Assembly (NCBI GenBank): GCA_045580325.1
Contig: JAZNNR010000023.1
Location: forward strand, 6,718-70,717
Length of the DNA: 64,000 nucleotides
Direction: 5' to 3'
Origin: Eubacteriales bacterium
Lineage (GTDB): Bacteria > Bacillota > Clostridia > Oscillospirales > CAG-272
The notes below the pieces were generated by a model, which saw nothing but the letters and a program-made list of their open reading frames with translations, ran no database searches and was not told where the DNA came from. Below are positions 37,527-45,439 of the stretch, one piece after another. A program made the position numbers and the translations under genes. Each line of letters begins with the position of its first letter. The stretch's first letter is position 1.

Positions 37527-38113
37527 AAAATAAGATAATTCTTAAAAATATCACAAAAAAATTCGACACCGAGGCGGTGCTTGATAATTTCAGCTGTGAA
37601 ATAGACGAAAACACCGCTATAATGGGTCCGTCGGGCAAGGGCAAGACCACGCTTTTGCGTATTATATCGGGGCTTACCGAGTCCGATAGCGGCACTATCA
37701 AGTTTTCGCGAAATCCGACCTTCTCGGTAGTATTCCAGGAGGATAGGCTTTTCAGTGATTTCAGTGCGATAGAAAACGTTTCGGTGGTTGTAAGTAAAAA
37801 AACACCGAAAAAAGAGGTGCAAACGAGAGCGTCCGAGCTTCTCTCGCAGCTTCTTATCTCCCCCGAGGAGCAAAATAAAGCGGTAAAGGATTTTTCGGGC
37901 GGAATGAAGCGCAGAGTGGCGATAGCACGCGCGCTTGCGGCAGATCACGATATACTTATTCTCGATGAGCCCTATAAAGGTCTTGACGAGCATACCCGCG
38001 CTGTGTGTGCCGAGGTCATAAAAAAGTATTCCGAGGATAAGCTCGTCCTTATGGTTACACACGATAAGACGGAAGCGGAAATTACGGGAATTAACAAGAT
38101 AATTTCGGTATAA
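37523..38113 (+). CDS. ABC transporter ATP-binding protein
   Basis: GPSGKGKTTLL (Walker A), FSGGMKRRVAIARAL (signature) and ILILDEP (Walker B). ATGA overlap with the permease gene. Confidence 0.9.
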   Translation: MKNKIILKNITKKFDTEAVLDNFSCEIDENTAIMGPSGKGKTTLLRIISGLTESDSGTIKFSRNPTFSVVFQEDRLFSDFSAIENVSVVVSKKTPKKEVQTRASELLSQLLISPEEQNKAVKDFSGGMKRRVAIARALAADHDILILDEPYKGLDEHTRAVCAEVIKKYSEDKLVLMVTHDKTEAEITGINKIISV

Positions 38114-38125
38114 GCATAATGTTTA

Positions 38126-38172
38126 CAAATTTCGGCAGAGATATTGATTCTCTGCCGATTTTGTGGTATGAT
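38126..38172 (+). repeat. Hairpin+promoter repeat, copy B
   Basis: caaatTTCGGCAGAGatattgattCTCTGCCGAttttgtggTATGAT. Stem 38132..38140 / 38150..38158. TTGATT at 38144..38149, 17-nt spacer, -10 at 38167..38172. Confidence 0.85.
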
Positions 38173-38203
38173 GGGATAAATAGGACGGAACTTTGGAGGT
38201 AAA

Positions 38204-38806
38204 ATGGCAAATTTAATAGTAATATGCGGACCTCAGGCGGTTGGAAAGATGACTGTCGCGGAAAGTGTAAGAGATAAGCTTAAATATAATCTTATGATGA
38301 ATCACGACAGTATTGAGGTGTCCGATAAAATCTTTGGCTTTGGAACGCCCGCCCAAAAGGAGTTTAATACACTTTTCAGAGAAAAAGCCTTTGAAATAGC
38401 GGTGAAACATAACGTTGACCTGTTATTTACTTTTGTCTGTGCGTTTGACGTTCCGCAGCAAAGAGAATATCTGAACGGTCTTGCCGATATGTTTGAATCA
38501 AACGGTGGAAATTTCTATTTTGTTGAACTCAGCGCAGATCTTGAAACAAGGCTTGCGAGAAACGAAACGCCTCACCGAATGGAGAGAAAGGCTTCCAAAA
38601 AGGACGTAGAATGGAGCAGAGCCAACCTTCTCAGAGATGCAGAGAGGTATCGACTCAATTCAGATCCCGATGAGGTCTGGTTTGAAAATCACATTAAAAT
38701 TGATAATACAAATCTTACTCCCAACGAGGTTGCCGACATTATCATCAGCGCCTTTAATCTGACTGCCAATGATAAAGAAGAATGGGAATACCGTTTTGGA
38801 GTGTAA
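38204..38806 (+). CDS. P-loop NTPase/kinase (shikimate-kinase-like AAA family)
   Basis: LIVICGPQAVGKMTV Walker A. 200 aa. GGAGG SD. Confidence 0.65.
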   Translation: MANLIVICGPQAVGKMTVAESVRDKLKYNLMMNHDSIEVSDKIFGFGTPAQKEFNTLFREKAFEIAVKHNVDLLFTFVCAFDVPQQREYLNGLADMFESNGGNFYFVELSADLETRLARNETPHRMERKASKKDVEWSRANLLRDAERYRLNSDPDEVWFENHIKIDNTNLTPNEVADIIISAFNLTANDKEEWEYRFGV

Positions 38807-38821
38807 ATGGCTTGATTTGGA

Positions 38822-38868
38822 TAAATTTCGGCAGAGATATTGATTCTCTGCCGATTTTGTGGTATAAT
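38822..38868 (+). repeat. Hairpin+promoter repeat, copy C
   Basis: taaatTTCGGCAGAGatattgattCTCTGCCGAttttgtggTATAAT. Differs from copy B at about 2 positions. TTGATT at 38840..38845, 17-nt spacer, TATAAT at 38863..38868. Confidence 0.85.
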
Positions 38869-38943
38869 GTGGTTCGCGCGGCGCGTTTGTTATACAAAAG
38901 CGAAACCCGAGAAAAGAATAGAATCACATAGGAGGCAATTAAA

Positions 38944-39180
38944 ATGATATACTACAAGGTTTTTCATAGCTATAAACTGATAGACCATTTTGAACGCAAG
39001 GATATTGGAATATACAGCTCTATATCGAATGCTGAAAAAGCAGTAGAATTATTAAAGGTTAAAAATGGGTTCAAAGATACTATTTCTGGATTTAAAATAA
39101 AAAAGGTCTTTCGACTTTTCAAACCAAAACTTTTAGACAGAACCTTTTGGATAGATGGGTTCGTTACATATACGTATTAA
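38944..39180 (+). CDS. Hypothetical small protein (78 aa)
   Basis: AT-rich ORF with an AGGAGG SD. No family recognised. Confidence 0.5.
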   Translation: MIYYKVFHSYKLIDHFERKDIGIYSSISNAEKAVELLKVKNGFKDTISGFKIKKVFRLFKPKLLDRTFWIDGFVTYTY

Positions 39181-39188
39181 AGAGGATA

Positions 39189-39210
39189 ACCCGACAGAAA
39201 ACTGTCGGGT
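39189..39210. repeat. Cassette-closing hairpin T3 (short version)
   Basis: acccgacag-aaaa-ctgtcgggt followed by atttattt. It ends 18 nt from the stop of the convergent lipoprotein gene. Confidence 0.7.
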
Positions 39211-39227
39211 ATTTATTTGCCGGAGGC

Positions 39228-39734
39228 TCACACCGCTCTCTTTATCACGTCTAAAATCCCTTCGGTATTATCGCATATAACGAGACAGACCACCTTTCCG
39301 TCGCGGAATACCTTTCCCGAGGCGACGCGCTTTTCGTAGGTGTCCATATCGTATATATATATTTCTTTGCTCTGAATCGTGTCGAGCCGTTTTGTAAGCG
39401 CGTTTTCGATAAATCCCGCATCTCCAAGACTTCGGGCAACGAAAATGTGTATCTCCCAAACGACGTCATCACACCCGAGCGCACAGGCAAAGCTCTGGGC
39501 GTACGACACCATTTTCTCATCGCGGTATAGGCGAGTGCATTTTTCCTCTGTCATAACAGACTGCGAATACTCGGGCGCATCGCTGTAATATATGTTGTAT
39601 GCGGGCAGGTCCTTTTCCTCTTCAAGCGCGTCGAAAAGCAGGTCGGTCGCGGCAGGGAGCTTTCTCTCGCAGGACGTAAAGGTCAGCGCGAGAAGCAGTA
39701 AAAGACAGATGGCTGATTTTAAAGTTTTTTTCAT
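39228..39734 (-). CDS. Lipoprotein, DUF4358-like
   Basis: MKKTLKSAICLLLLLALTFTSC lipobox. 168 aa. Confidence 0.55.
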   Translation of the reverse strand: MKKTLKSAICLLLLLALTFTSCERKLPAATDLLFDALEEEKDLPAYNIYYSDAPEYSQSVMTEEKCTRLYRDEKMVSYAQSFACALGCDDVVWEIHIFVARSLGDAGFIENALTKRLDTIQSKEIYIYDMDTYEKRVASGKVFRDGKVVCLVICDNTEGILDVIKRAV

Positions 39735-39819
39735 GTTTTTCTCTCGGATCTATGATATATAACATAATATTCGAGAAAAACTTATTTTAGGATAATATAA
39801 TTAAATTAACGTAAAATAC

Positions 39820-39848
39820 TTGACCTCGGACGTCAGTTGCGATATAAT
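39820..39848 (+). promoter_or_regulatory. Sigma-70-type promoter for the M23 peptidase gene
   Basis: TTGACC, 17-nt spacer, TATAAT. Confidence 0.6.
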
Positions 39849-39887
39849 ATGTATATCTTTAATTCACGACAGAAAGGAAGGCAGAAT

Positions 39888-41549
39888 TTGAATAAAAAGA
39901 ATTTTCTTGCGTATCTGGTTATTGCCGCAGTTTTGCTTATTCCGGGATTTCTTTCGCTTATGATCTATGTTTTTACAGACTCGGCGCCAACGGTTGACGG
40001 TGTCGAATACTGCCTTGAGATCACCGATAAAAATAAAAACGTATATAAATTTGAAAGTACAGACACTATGTCAAAGCTTTTTTACGATATAGTCGAGGGT
40101 GAGCGAAAGGGCGCATCGAGCGAGGATATTGCCGATTTTGCAGGGGACGGTATTTTCAGAGTTATGCTTCTGCAAAAGGGCAAAGAGCAGTACTATACCT
40201 TCTATTTTGACAGAACCTCGCCGAGCTCTTGCTTTTTTAAGGACAGCGACGAAAAGGTGTTTTCGGTAAAAGCGGACAAGGCGATCGAATTTATGGATTC
40301 AAGATATGCGTCAAGTCTTTACCCCTATGCCGAGCTTCCTCTGCTTACCCTTAACGGTGTAAAGGCAGAGCCCTCTGAAATAGACTGGGGATATTATTCA
40401 TACAGCAGCGTGAAGCACGAGGTAGAGTATCTTACCGATAAAAAACCGACCACCGTCGATATGTCCTTCCTTGACTTTAATCTGTCTTTTTTAAAAAGCC
40501 CGGATTCTATGAAGGTGAAGGTTACAGATTCGCTCGGACTTGAATATTTCAGCGGAAGCTACGCCGAATTTGTTACCTTCGGTCTTTTTTCAAAGGTTAC
40601 CGCATCCTCGACCTACAACTGCCGTATAGAAGCCTTTTGGGACGATAAGGGTACGCTTTGCTGCGGCGAGGCTGTTTATGAGCTTAAGCTGAACGTAGAT
40701 TTCGACCCGCCCGGAAGCTTCTGGCTCAGTGCCGATACTGTCGAGGGCGGCGGATTTGTGGTACTCTCGGGTAAACATATTATAGATAAAGATTCTGTAA
40801 CGGTAACGTCGATTCCCTCGCTCGGAGTTACGCCAAAGTTCTTTACCGACGGCGAATATATAAGGGCAATACTTCCGATAGGCGTCGGAAATACCAAGGA
40901 CGATATTATCTATCAGGTAAAAGTAACCTACGACGGTATTTATACTGATTTTACCATTAAATCAAATAAGCCGAAAACAAGCACACGCGACTATAACCAT
41001 AGCGGTCTTGTAAATACGTCGGTGAGAACAGAAAGTAACCTTGAAGCCTTTAAAAAGTTTATAACCTCGCCGAAATATGAAGAAACTGTATATAAATCGT
41101 CAACCTTTGTTGCACCCTCCTCGGGAAGTATCAGAGCATCGTTTGGCGATATTATAAATAACACTTCTTCGAGTAAGGATAAGTTCACCTCGGCGGGAAT
41201 GGCATTTGTTTACTATCTCAACAGCGCAAACGGCGACAAAAATGATGTCGAAGCCTGCCTTGCAGGTGTAGTGGTAGCCGTCGGCGAAACCAAATACGGC
41301 GGAAACACGGTCGTCGTTGACCACGGACTCGGACTCAGAAGCGTTTACTACTGCCTCGGAAGCGTAGAGGTCGCTGTCGGAACGATATTAAATCCGGGTG
41401 ATAAAATAGCAAACGGCTGTGCGAAAAAGGGTTATACCGACGGAGAAACCTGTTATATCGAGTTCTGGGTAGGCGATACTCCCGTATCGTACAGAGGGCT
41501 TGAATCGGGTGGATTTGGTATAAACTTCGGAGAAGAACCAAAAGCGTAA
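39888..41549 (+). CDS. Membrane-anchored M23/LytM-family peptidase-domain protein
   Basis: TTG start after an AAGGAAGG SD. N-terminal TM helix. The C-terminal LytM-like segment (VVVDHGLGLRSVYYCL...GDKIANG) is M23-like. The ORF-track start at 39837 lies over the promoter -10. Confidence 0.7.
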   Translation: MNKKNFLAYLVIAAVLLIPGFLSLMIYVFTDSAPTVDGVEYCLEITDKNKNVYKFESTDTMSKLFYDIVEGERKGASSEDIADFAGDGIFRVMLLQKGKEQYYTFYFDRTSPSSCFFKDSDEKVFSVKADKAIEFMDSRYASSLYPYAELPLLTLNGVKAEPSEIDWGYYSYSSVKHEVEYLTDKKPTTVDMSFLDFNLSFLKSPDSMKVKVTDSLGLEYFSGSYAEFVTFGLFSKVTASSTYNCRIEAFWDDKGTLCCGEAVYELKLNVDFDPPGSFWLSADTVEGGGFVVLSGKHIIDKDSVTVTSIPSLGVTPKFFTDGEYIRAILPIGVGNTKDDIIYQVKVTYDGIYTDFTIKSNKPKTSTRDYNHSGLVNTSVRTESNLEAFKKFITSPKYEETVYKSSTFVAPSSGSIRASFGDIINNTSSSKDKFTSAGMAFVYYLNSANGDKNDVEACLAGVVVAVGETKYGGNTVVVDHGLGLRSVYYCLGSVEVAVGTILNPGDKIANGCAKKGYTDGETCYIEFWVGDTPVSYRGLESGGFGINFGEEPKA

Positions 41550-41587
41550 ATATTCATAAAAATATTGTAAAAAAATTCGTATTCCCA

Positions 41588-41616
41588 TTGATTTTTTTGA
41601 AAAGCTATGATATAAT
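41588..41616 (+). promoter_or_regulatory. Sigma-70-type promoter of the SRP RNA precursor
   Basis: TTGATT, 17-nt spacer, TATAAT. About 65 nt upstream of the mature 5' end inferred by homology. Confidence 0.55.
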
Positions 41617-41680
41617 GATACGGTAGTTTGTAGGGAACCCTGCAGACTACCGTGTCAAATTTATACAGGATATGAAATAA

Positions 41681-41954
41681 GACCATACCGGCCGGGGAGT
41701 TAGCGGTGCCTTGTACCTGCAATCCGCTACAGCAGGGGTTATTTCCGCTCTTGAGGGCAGAGTGGGTGTGGTCAGCACCGATCGCTTTGCGTGTTGAAGA
41801 ATGGGTCCTGTGCAACTAATGGCTGTGAACCATGTCAGGTGGGAGACCAAGCAGCATTAAGCAGTATCACTTAGTGTGCCACGGGCTCGCCTGTTCGGAG
41901 CGCAGACATCGGAAAGCGCATGTTCGTTTCTGCTCGATTTTGCGGTGTATGGTC
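41681..41954 (+). ncRNA. ffs: Signal recognition particle RNA, long Bacillus type (scRNA)
   Basis: GGGGAGTTAGCGGTGCCTTGTACCTGCAATCCGCTACAGCAGGGG (Alu domain) and CATGTCAGGTGGGAGACCAAGCAGCATTAAG (domain IV) closely parallel B. subtilis scRNA. The 5' gaccatacc pairs with the 3' ggtgtatggtc. Position upstream of dnaX is conserved. Confidence 0.85.
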
Positions 41955-42007
41955 TTATTTTGTATCCTGTCTTTTTATTTATTAAAGTCGAAACGGAGGA
42001 AAAGAAA

Positions 42008-43771
42008 ATGGCAACACAAAACGGACATCAGGCACTTTACCGTAAGTGGCGACCTGCAACTTTTTCCGATGTTGTCGGTCAGGATCACATAACGAGTGTT
42101 CTGAAATATCAGGTTTCGCTTAGCAAGACAAATCACGCGTATCTTTTCTGCGGTTCAAGAGGAACGGGAAAGACTACCTGCGCGAAGATTCTTGCAAAGG
42201 CGGTAAACTGTCCGAATGCTAAAAACGGAGAACCCTGTAACGAGTGCGAAATTTGCCGTAGAATAGACAGCGGAATGTCTATGGAGGTTCTCGAAATGGA
42301 CGCGGCAAGTAATACGGGCGTAGATTATATCCGAGATATAAGGGAAGAGGTCGTATTCTCGCCGTCAGAGGTCGGAACGAGAGTCTATATCATAGACGAG
42401 GTCCATATGCTGACCGAAAGTGCCTTCAACGCGCTGCTTAAAACGCTTGAAGAGCCGCCTCAAAAGGTCATATTCATACTTGCGACTACCGAGATCCAGA
42501 AAATTCCCGCGACTATTTTGTCAAGATGTCAGCGCTTTGACTTCAGAAGGATTCCTGTCAAGACCATAGGCGAAAGACTTATGAAAATTGCATCGCAGGA
42601 GGAAATAGAGATCACCGAGAGCGCCGCTCATCTGATAGCAAAGCTTGCACAGGGCGGTATGCGAGATGCTATAAGTATGCTCGAGCTTTGCAGCGGTGAG
42701 GGTGGTAAGATCACCGAGGAGAGAATATCAGAGGCTACGGGTATAATCGGACGTGAGTCGATAATCAGAACGGTAAAGGCTGTTCTTTCGGGAAATTACC
42801 GAGAGATATTCACGATAATTTCGTCGGTTTACTCGAATTCGTACGATATATCGTCATTTGTTTCCGAAATAATGCAGTTCTACCGCGACGTTGCAATATA
42901 TAAAACGCTTGCATCGAAAACGGGTGAAATATCACGAGAGATTCTCGACCTCAGCGATGCGGAGCTTTCGGATATTAAGACTATCGCAGAAAAAATAAGA
43001 CAAGAAACTGTAATATACCATATAAAGCTTCTTGAAGAGGCATTCCTTTCAATGTCGCGCGGCACGGATAAGAGGATCTCGGCAGAGATGACTCTTATGA
43101 GAATGTGCAGCGGCGATGCGCTCGGTACGTCGAGCGAGGCACTCGCAGAGCGGATATCTTCGCTTGAGGCGCGCTTTACCGAGGGCGGAATATTTCCCGC
43201 GCCGCGCCCTACTTTCGAGAGTAACAGCGAAAATTCAGCTCCTAAGACATCTGCCGCGGAGAATGCGATAAGGCCTACAAGCAAAGAGGTAAAGCCTTCC
43301 GAAAACAGCGAAACACCGATAGCTCTTATAAACGACGACGAGCTTCCGCCGTGGGACGTTGAGGAAGATGTGCAGCCGAGCGTGTCAGCAGCACCCGAAA
43401 AGCCCACAGTAAAAGCCGAAAAGGAAGCGCAGAGCGCAAAGATCCCTGCGCCCACACCTGCACCCGACTCTGAAGCTTCAGACGGACCCGAGTGGAGCGA
43501 GTTTCCCGACTGGATAGAGGTCGTTTCGCAGTACGATAAAATAGACCGCAGTATCGCGCCATTTTTAAGACTCGCAACGGCAGATACCGACGGCAAAACT
43601 CTGCGTATAAAGGTTTCGGACAGTTTTTCGAAAATGATGCTTGAAAATGCCAAGGTCGAAGATTTTATCATGCGTTTTTCGGCGTCGAGAGGATTTATGT
43701 TCGAGCGCGCTGTAGTCGAGGTGGCTGCTGTAAAAGAAGATCAGGTGTCAATGTTTGACTCACTTATATAA
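42008..43771 (+). CDS. dnaX: DNA polymerase III subunits gamma/tau
   Basis: ALYRKWRPATFSDVVGQDHI, GSRGTGKTT and a zinc module (CNECEICRRI). ATG at 42008 after a GGAGGA SD. The upstream part of the track ORF overlaps the SRP RNA. Confidence 0.95.
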   Translation: MATQNGHQALYRKWRPATFSDVVGQDHITSVLKYQVSLSKTNHAYLFCGSRGTGKTTCAKILAKAVNCPNAKNGEPCNECEICRRIDSGMSMEVLEMDAASNTGVDYIRDIREEVVFSPSEVGTRVYIIDEVHMLTESAFNALLKTLEEPPQKVIFILATTEIQKIPATILSRCQRFDFRRIPVKTIGERLMKIASQEEIEITESAAHLIAKLAQGGMRDAISMLELCSGEGGKITEERISEATGIIGRESIIRTVKAVLSGNYREIFTIISSVYSNSYDISSFVSEIMQFYRDVAIYKTLASKTGEISREILDLSDAELSDIKTIAEKIRQETVIYHIKLLEEAFLSMSRGTDKRISAEMTLMRMCSGDALGTSSEALAERISSLEARFTEGGIFPAPRPTFESNSENSAPKTSAAENAIRPTSKEVKPSENSETPIALINDDELPPWDVEEDVQPSVSAAPEKPTVKAEKEAQSAKIPAPTPAPDSEASDGPEWSEFPDWIEVVSQYDKIDRSIAPFLRLATADTDGKTLRIKVSDSFSKMMLENAKVEDFIMRFSASRGFMFERAVVEVAAVKEDQVSMFDSLI

Positions 43772-43801
43772 AACAAAATAACAGTTTTGGAGGATATTAA
43801 A

Positions 43802-44149
43802 ATGAAATCAAGATTACCCGAAGGATACGGCGGAGGTCCTGCAAGTATGCAGGGAATGATCAAGCAGGCTCAGAAGATGCAGGAGAGAATGGCAGAGCTT
43901 CAGGAAGAGCTTGATGCACGCGAGTATGAAATAAAGGCAGGCGGCGGTGCGGTAACACTTACCATAAACGGTAAGAAAGAAGTAAGCACACTTGATATTT
44001 CGCCTGAAATCGTTGATCCCGATGATATAGAAACTCTTTCCGACATCATTATTGCCGCAGTAAACGAGGCAATAAAGAAGGTAGAGGAAACAAACAACGA
44101 AGAAATGTCCAAGATAACCGGCTCAGTGTCTATGCCGGGCATGTTCTGA
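43802..44149 (+). CDS. ybaB: Nucleoid-associated protein YbaB/EbfC
   Basis: MQGMIKQAQKMQERMAELQEEL..GGGAVTLTINGK. Canonical position between dnaX and recR. Confidence 0.9.
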   Translation: MKSRLPEGYGGGPASMQGMIKQAQKMQERMAELQEELDAREYEIKAGGGAVTLTINGKKEVSTLDISPEIVDPDDIETLSDIIIAAVNEAIKKVEETNNEEMSKITGSVSMPGMF

Positions 44150-44150
44150 T

Positions 44151-44750
44151 ATGTCTGAATTCATAGCACCGCTCGAAAGCCTTATCGAAGGCTTTGCGCG
44201 TCTTCCCGGAGTGGGAAGAAAGTCAGCAACACGCTATGCGCTTGCCGTTCTTGATATGAACGACGAGGACGTGCTTGCCTTTGCCGATTCTCTCTCGGGC
44301 GCAAAGACTCGCATAAAAAAATGCAAAGTATGCGGTAACTTTACAGATACCGAGCTCTGTCCCGTCTGCGAGGACACAGAAAGACTGCCCATAATTTGCG
44401 TAGTAGAGGATGTGCGCGCACTTATGAGTATAGAGCGGGTAAGAGAGTATAGAGGCAGATACCACGTTCTTGGCGGAGTGCTTTCCCCAATGAATGGGAT
44501 AGGACCCGATCAGCTTAATATTTCGTCCCTTCTTTCGCGTATATCGTCTGAGGGCATAACAGAGATCATCGTAGCGACCAATCCGACGGTCGAGGGTGAG
44601 GCGACGGCGATGTACCTCACAAAGCTTTTAACACCGCTTGGTGTTAAGACCTCGAGACTTGCGTACGGAATACCGGTCGGCGCAGACCTTGAATATACCG
44701 ATGCCGTAACACTGCTTCGCGCACTCGACGGCAGACGAGAGATCAACTGA
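44151..44750 (+). CDS. recR: Recombination protein RecR
   Basis: LPGVGRKSATR HhH motif, a C4 zinc finger (CKVCGNFTDTELCPVC) and a Toprim domain. Confidence 0.95.
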   Translation: MSEFIAPLESLIEGFARLPGVGRKSATRYALAVLDMNDEDVLAFADSLSGAKTRIKKCKVCGNFTDTELCPVCEDTERLPIICVVEDVRALMSIERVREYRGRYHVLGGVLSPMNGIGPDQLNISSLLSRISSEGITEIIVATNPTVEGEATAMYLTKLLTPLGVKTSRLAYGIPVGADLEYTDAVTLLRALDGRREIN

Positions 44751-44776
44751 AAATACGCTTTTAGTATGAATATTTG

Positions 44777-44823
44777 CAAATTTCGGCAGAGATATTGTTT
44801 TCTCTGCCGATTTGTGTTATAAT
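44777..44823 (+). repeat. Hairpin+promoter repeat, copy D
   Basis: caaatTTCGGCAGAGatattgttttCTCTGCCGAtttgtgtTATAAT. Stem 44783..44791 / 44802..44810. TTGTTT at 44795..44800, 17-nt spacer, TATAAT at 44818..44823. Confidence 0.85.
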
Positions 44824-44854
44824 GTAAAAAAGAAACGATAATTTGGAGATAACT

Positions 44855-45142
44855 ATGGCAAGCAGTAAAGAATATATAGAGCTTATTTTGGAGGAGTGCG
44901 GCGGTCTTTCTGCTCGTGCAATGATGGGCGAATACCTGCTGTACTACGGTGGTAAGATTGTCGGTGGTGTTTATGATAACCGTTTGCTTGTTAAACCCAC
45001 GAGGTCGGCAGCTTCACTGATGCCAAATGCACCAAGAGAGCTTCCGTACGAAGGAGCAAGGGAAATGCTTCTTGTGGAAAATATTGAAGATAAGGATTTT
45101 CTAAAGAAATTGTTCGAAGCTATGTATGACGAGCTTCCCTAA
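44855..45142 (+). CDS. TfoX N-terminal-domain protein
   Basis: 95 aa. ...ARAMMGEYLLYYGGKIVGGVYDNRLLVK... is the TfoX_N pattern. GGAG SD 6 nt upstream. Confidence 0.65.
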   Translation: MASSKEYIELILEECGGLSARAMMGEYLLYYGGKIVGGVYDNRLLVKPTRSAASLMPNAPRELPYEGAREMLLVENIEDKDFLKKLFEAMYDELP

Positions 45143-45185
45143 CCGAAGAAAAAGAAATAACAATAATTAAACGGAGAATACAGAA

Positions 45186-45395
45186 ATGAAGCAATACGAA
45201 TACAAATTTGTAGAAATCAAAAGAGAAATAGGAATGAAGGTTAAAAGAGGCGAAACCTTCGAAAAATGCAAGCAAGTGATCACGGAAGAGGCGCAGCAGG
45301 GTTGGAGATTAAAGCAGATCGTAGCTCCGTTTGACGAAAAATCAAGCACATACTACGCATACGCTTATCAGATTATTTTTGAAAGAGAAATATAA
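45186..45395 (+). CDS. DUF4177-domain small protein
   Basis: MKQYEYKFVEI...GWRLKQIV is typical of DUF4177. 69 aa. Confidence 0.65.
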   Translation: MKQYEYKFVEIKREIGMKVKRGETFEKCKQVITEEAQQGWRLKQIVAPFDEKSSTYYAYAYQIIFEREI

Positions 45396-45403
45396 GCTAA
45401 ATA

Positions 45404-45437
45404 AAAACCGACAGATCTTAAAATCTGTCGGTTTTTT
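45404..45437. repeat. Cassette-closing hairpin T4 (terminator-like), same family as 28611..28650
   Basis: aaaaccgacagat-cttaaa-atctgtcggtttt then ttactt. It ends 3 nt from the ftsH stop codon. Confidence 0.8.
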
Positions 45438-45439
45438 AC

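Noticed and set aside
43079-43089. Extra matches to the repeat core (tcggcagagat in dnaX; cggcagagat at 5291..5300 in ricT)
   Set aside because: These are 10-11-nt matches inside conserved coding sequence, with no complementary arm, T-run or -10 box. They are most simply chance or codon-driven.
27851-45437. Calling the cassette repeats an integron, or IS200/IS605-type or other named mobile element
   Set aside because: No integrase, Y1/HUH transposase or other recombinase gene is present in the window. No attI/attC consensus or target-site duplication could be verified by eye. The mobile-element interpretation stays a hypothesis and is not annotated as a feature.
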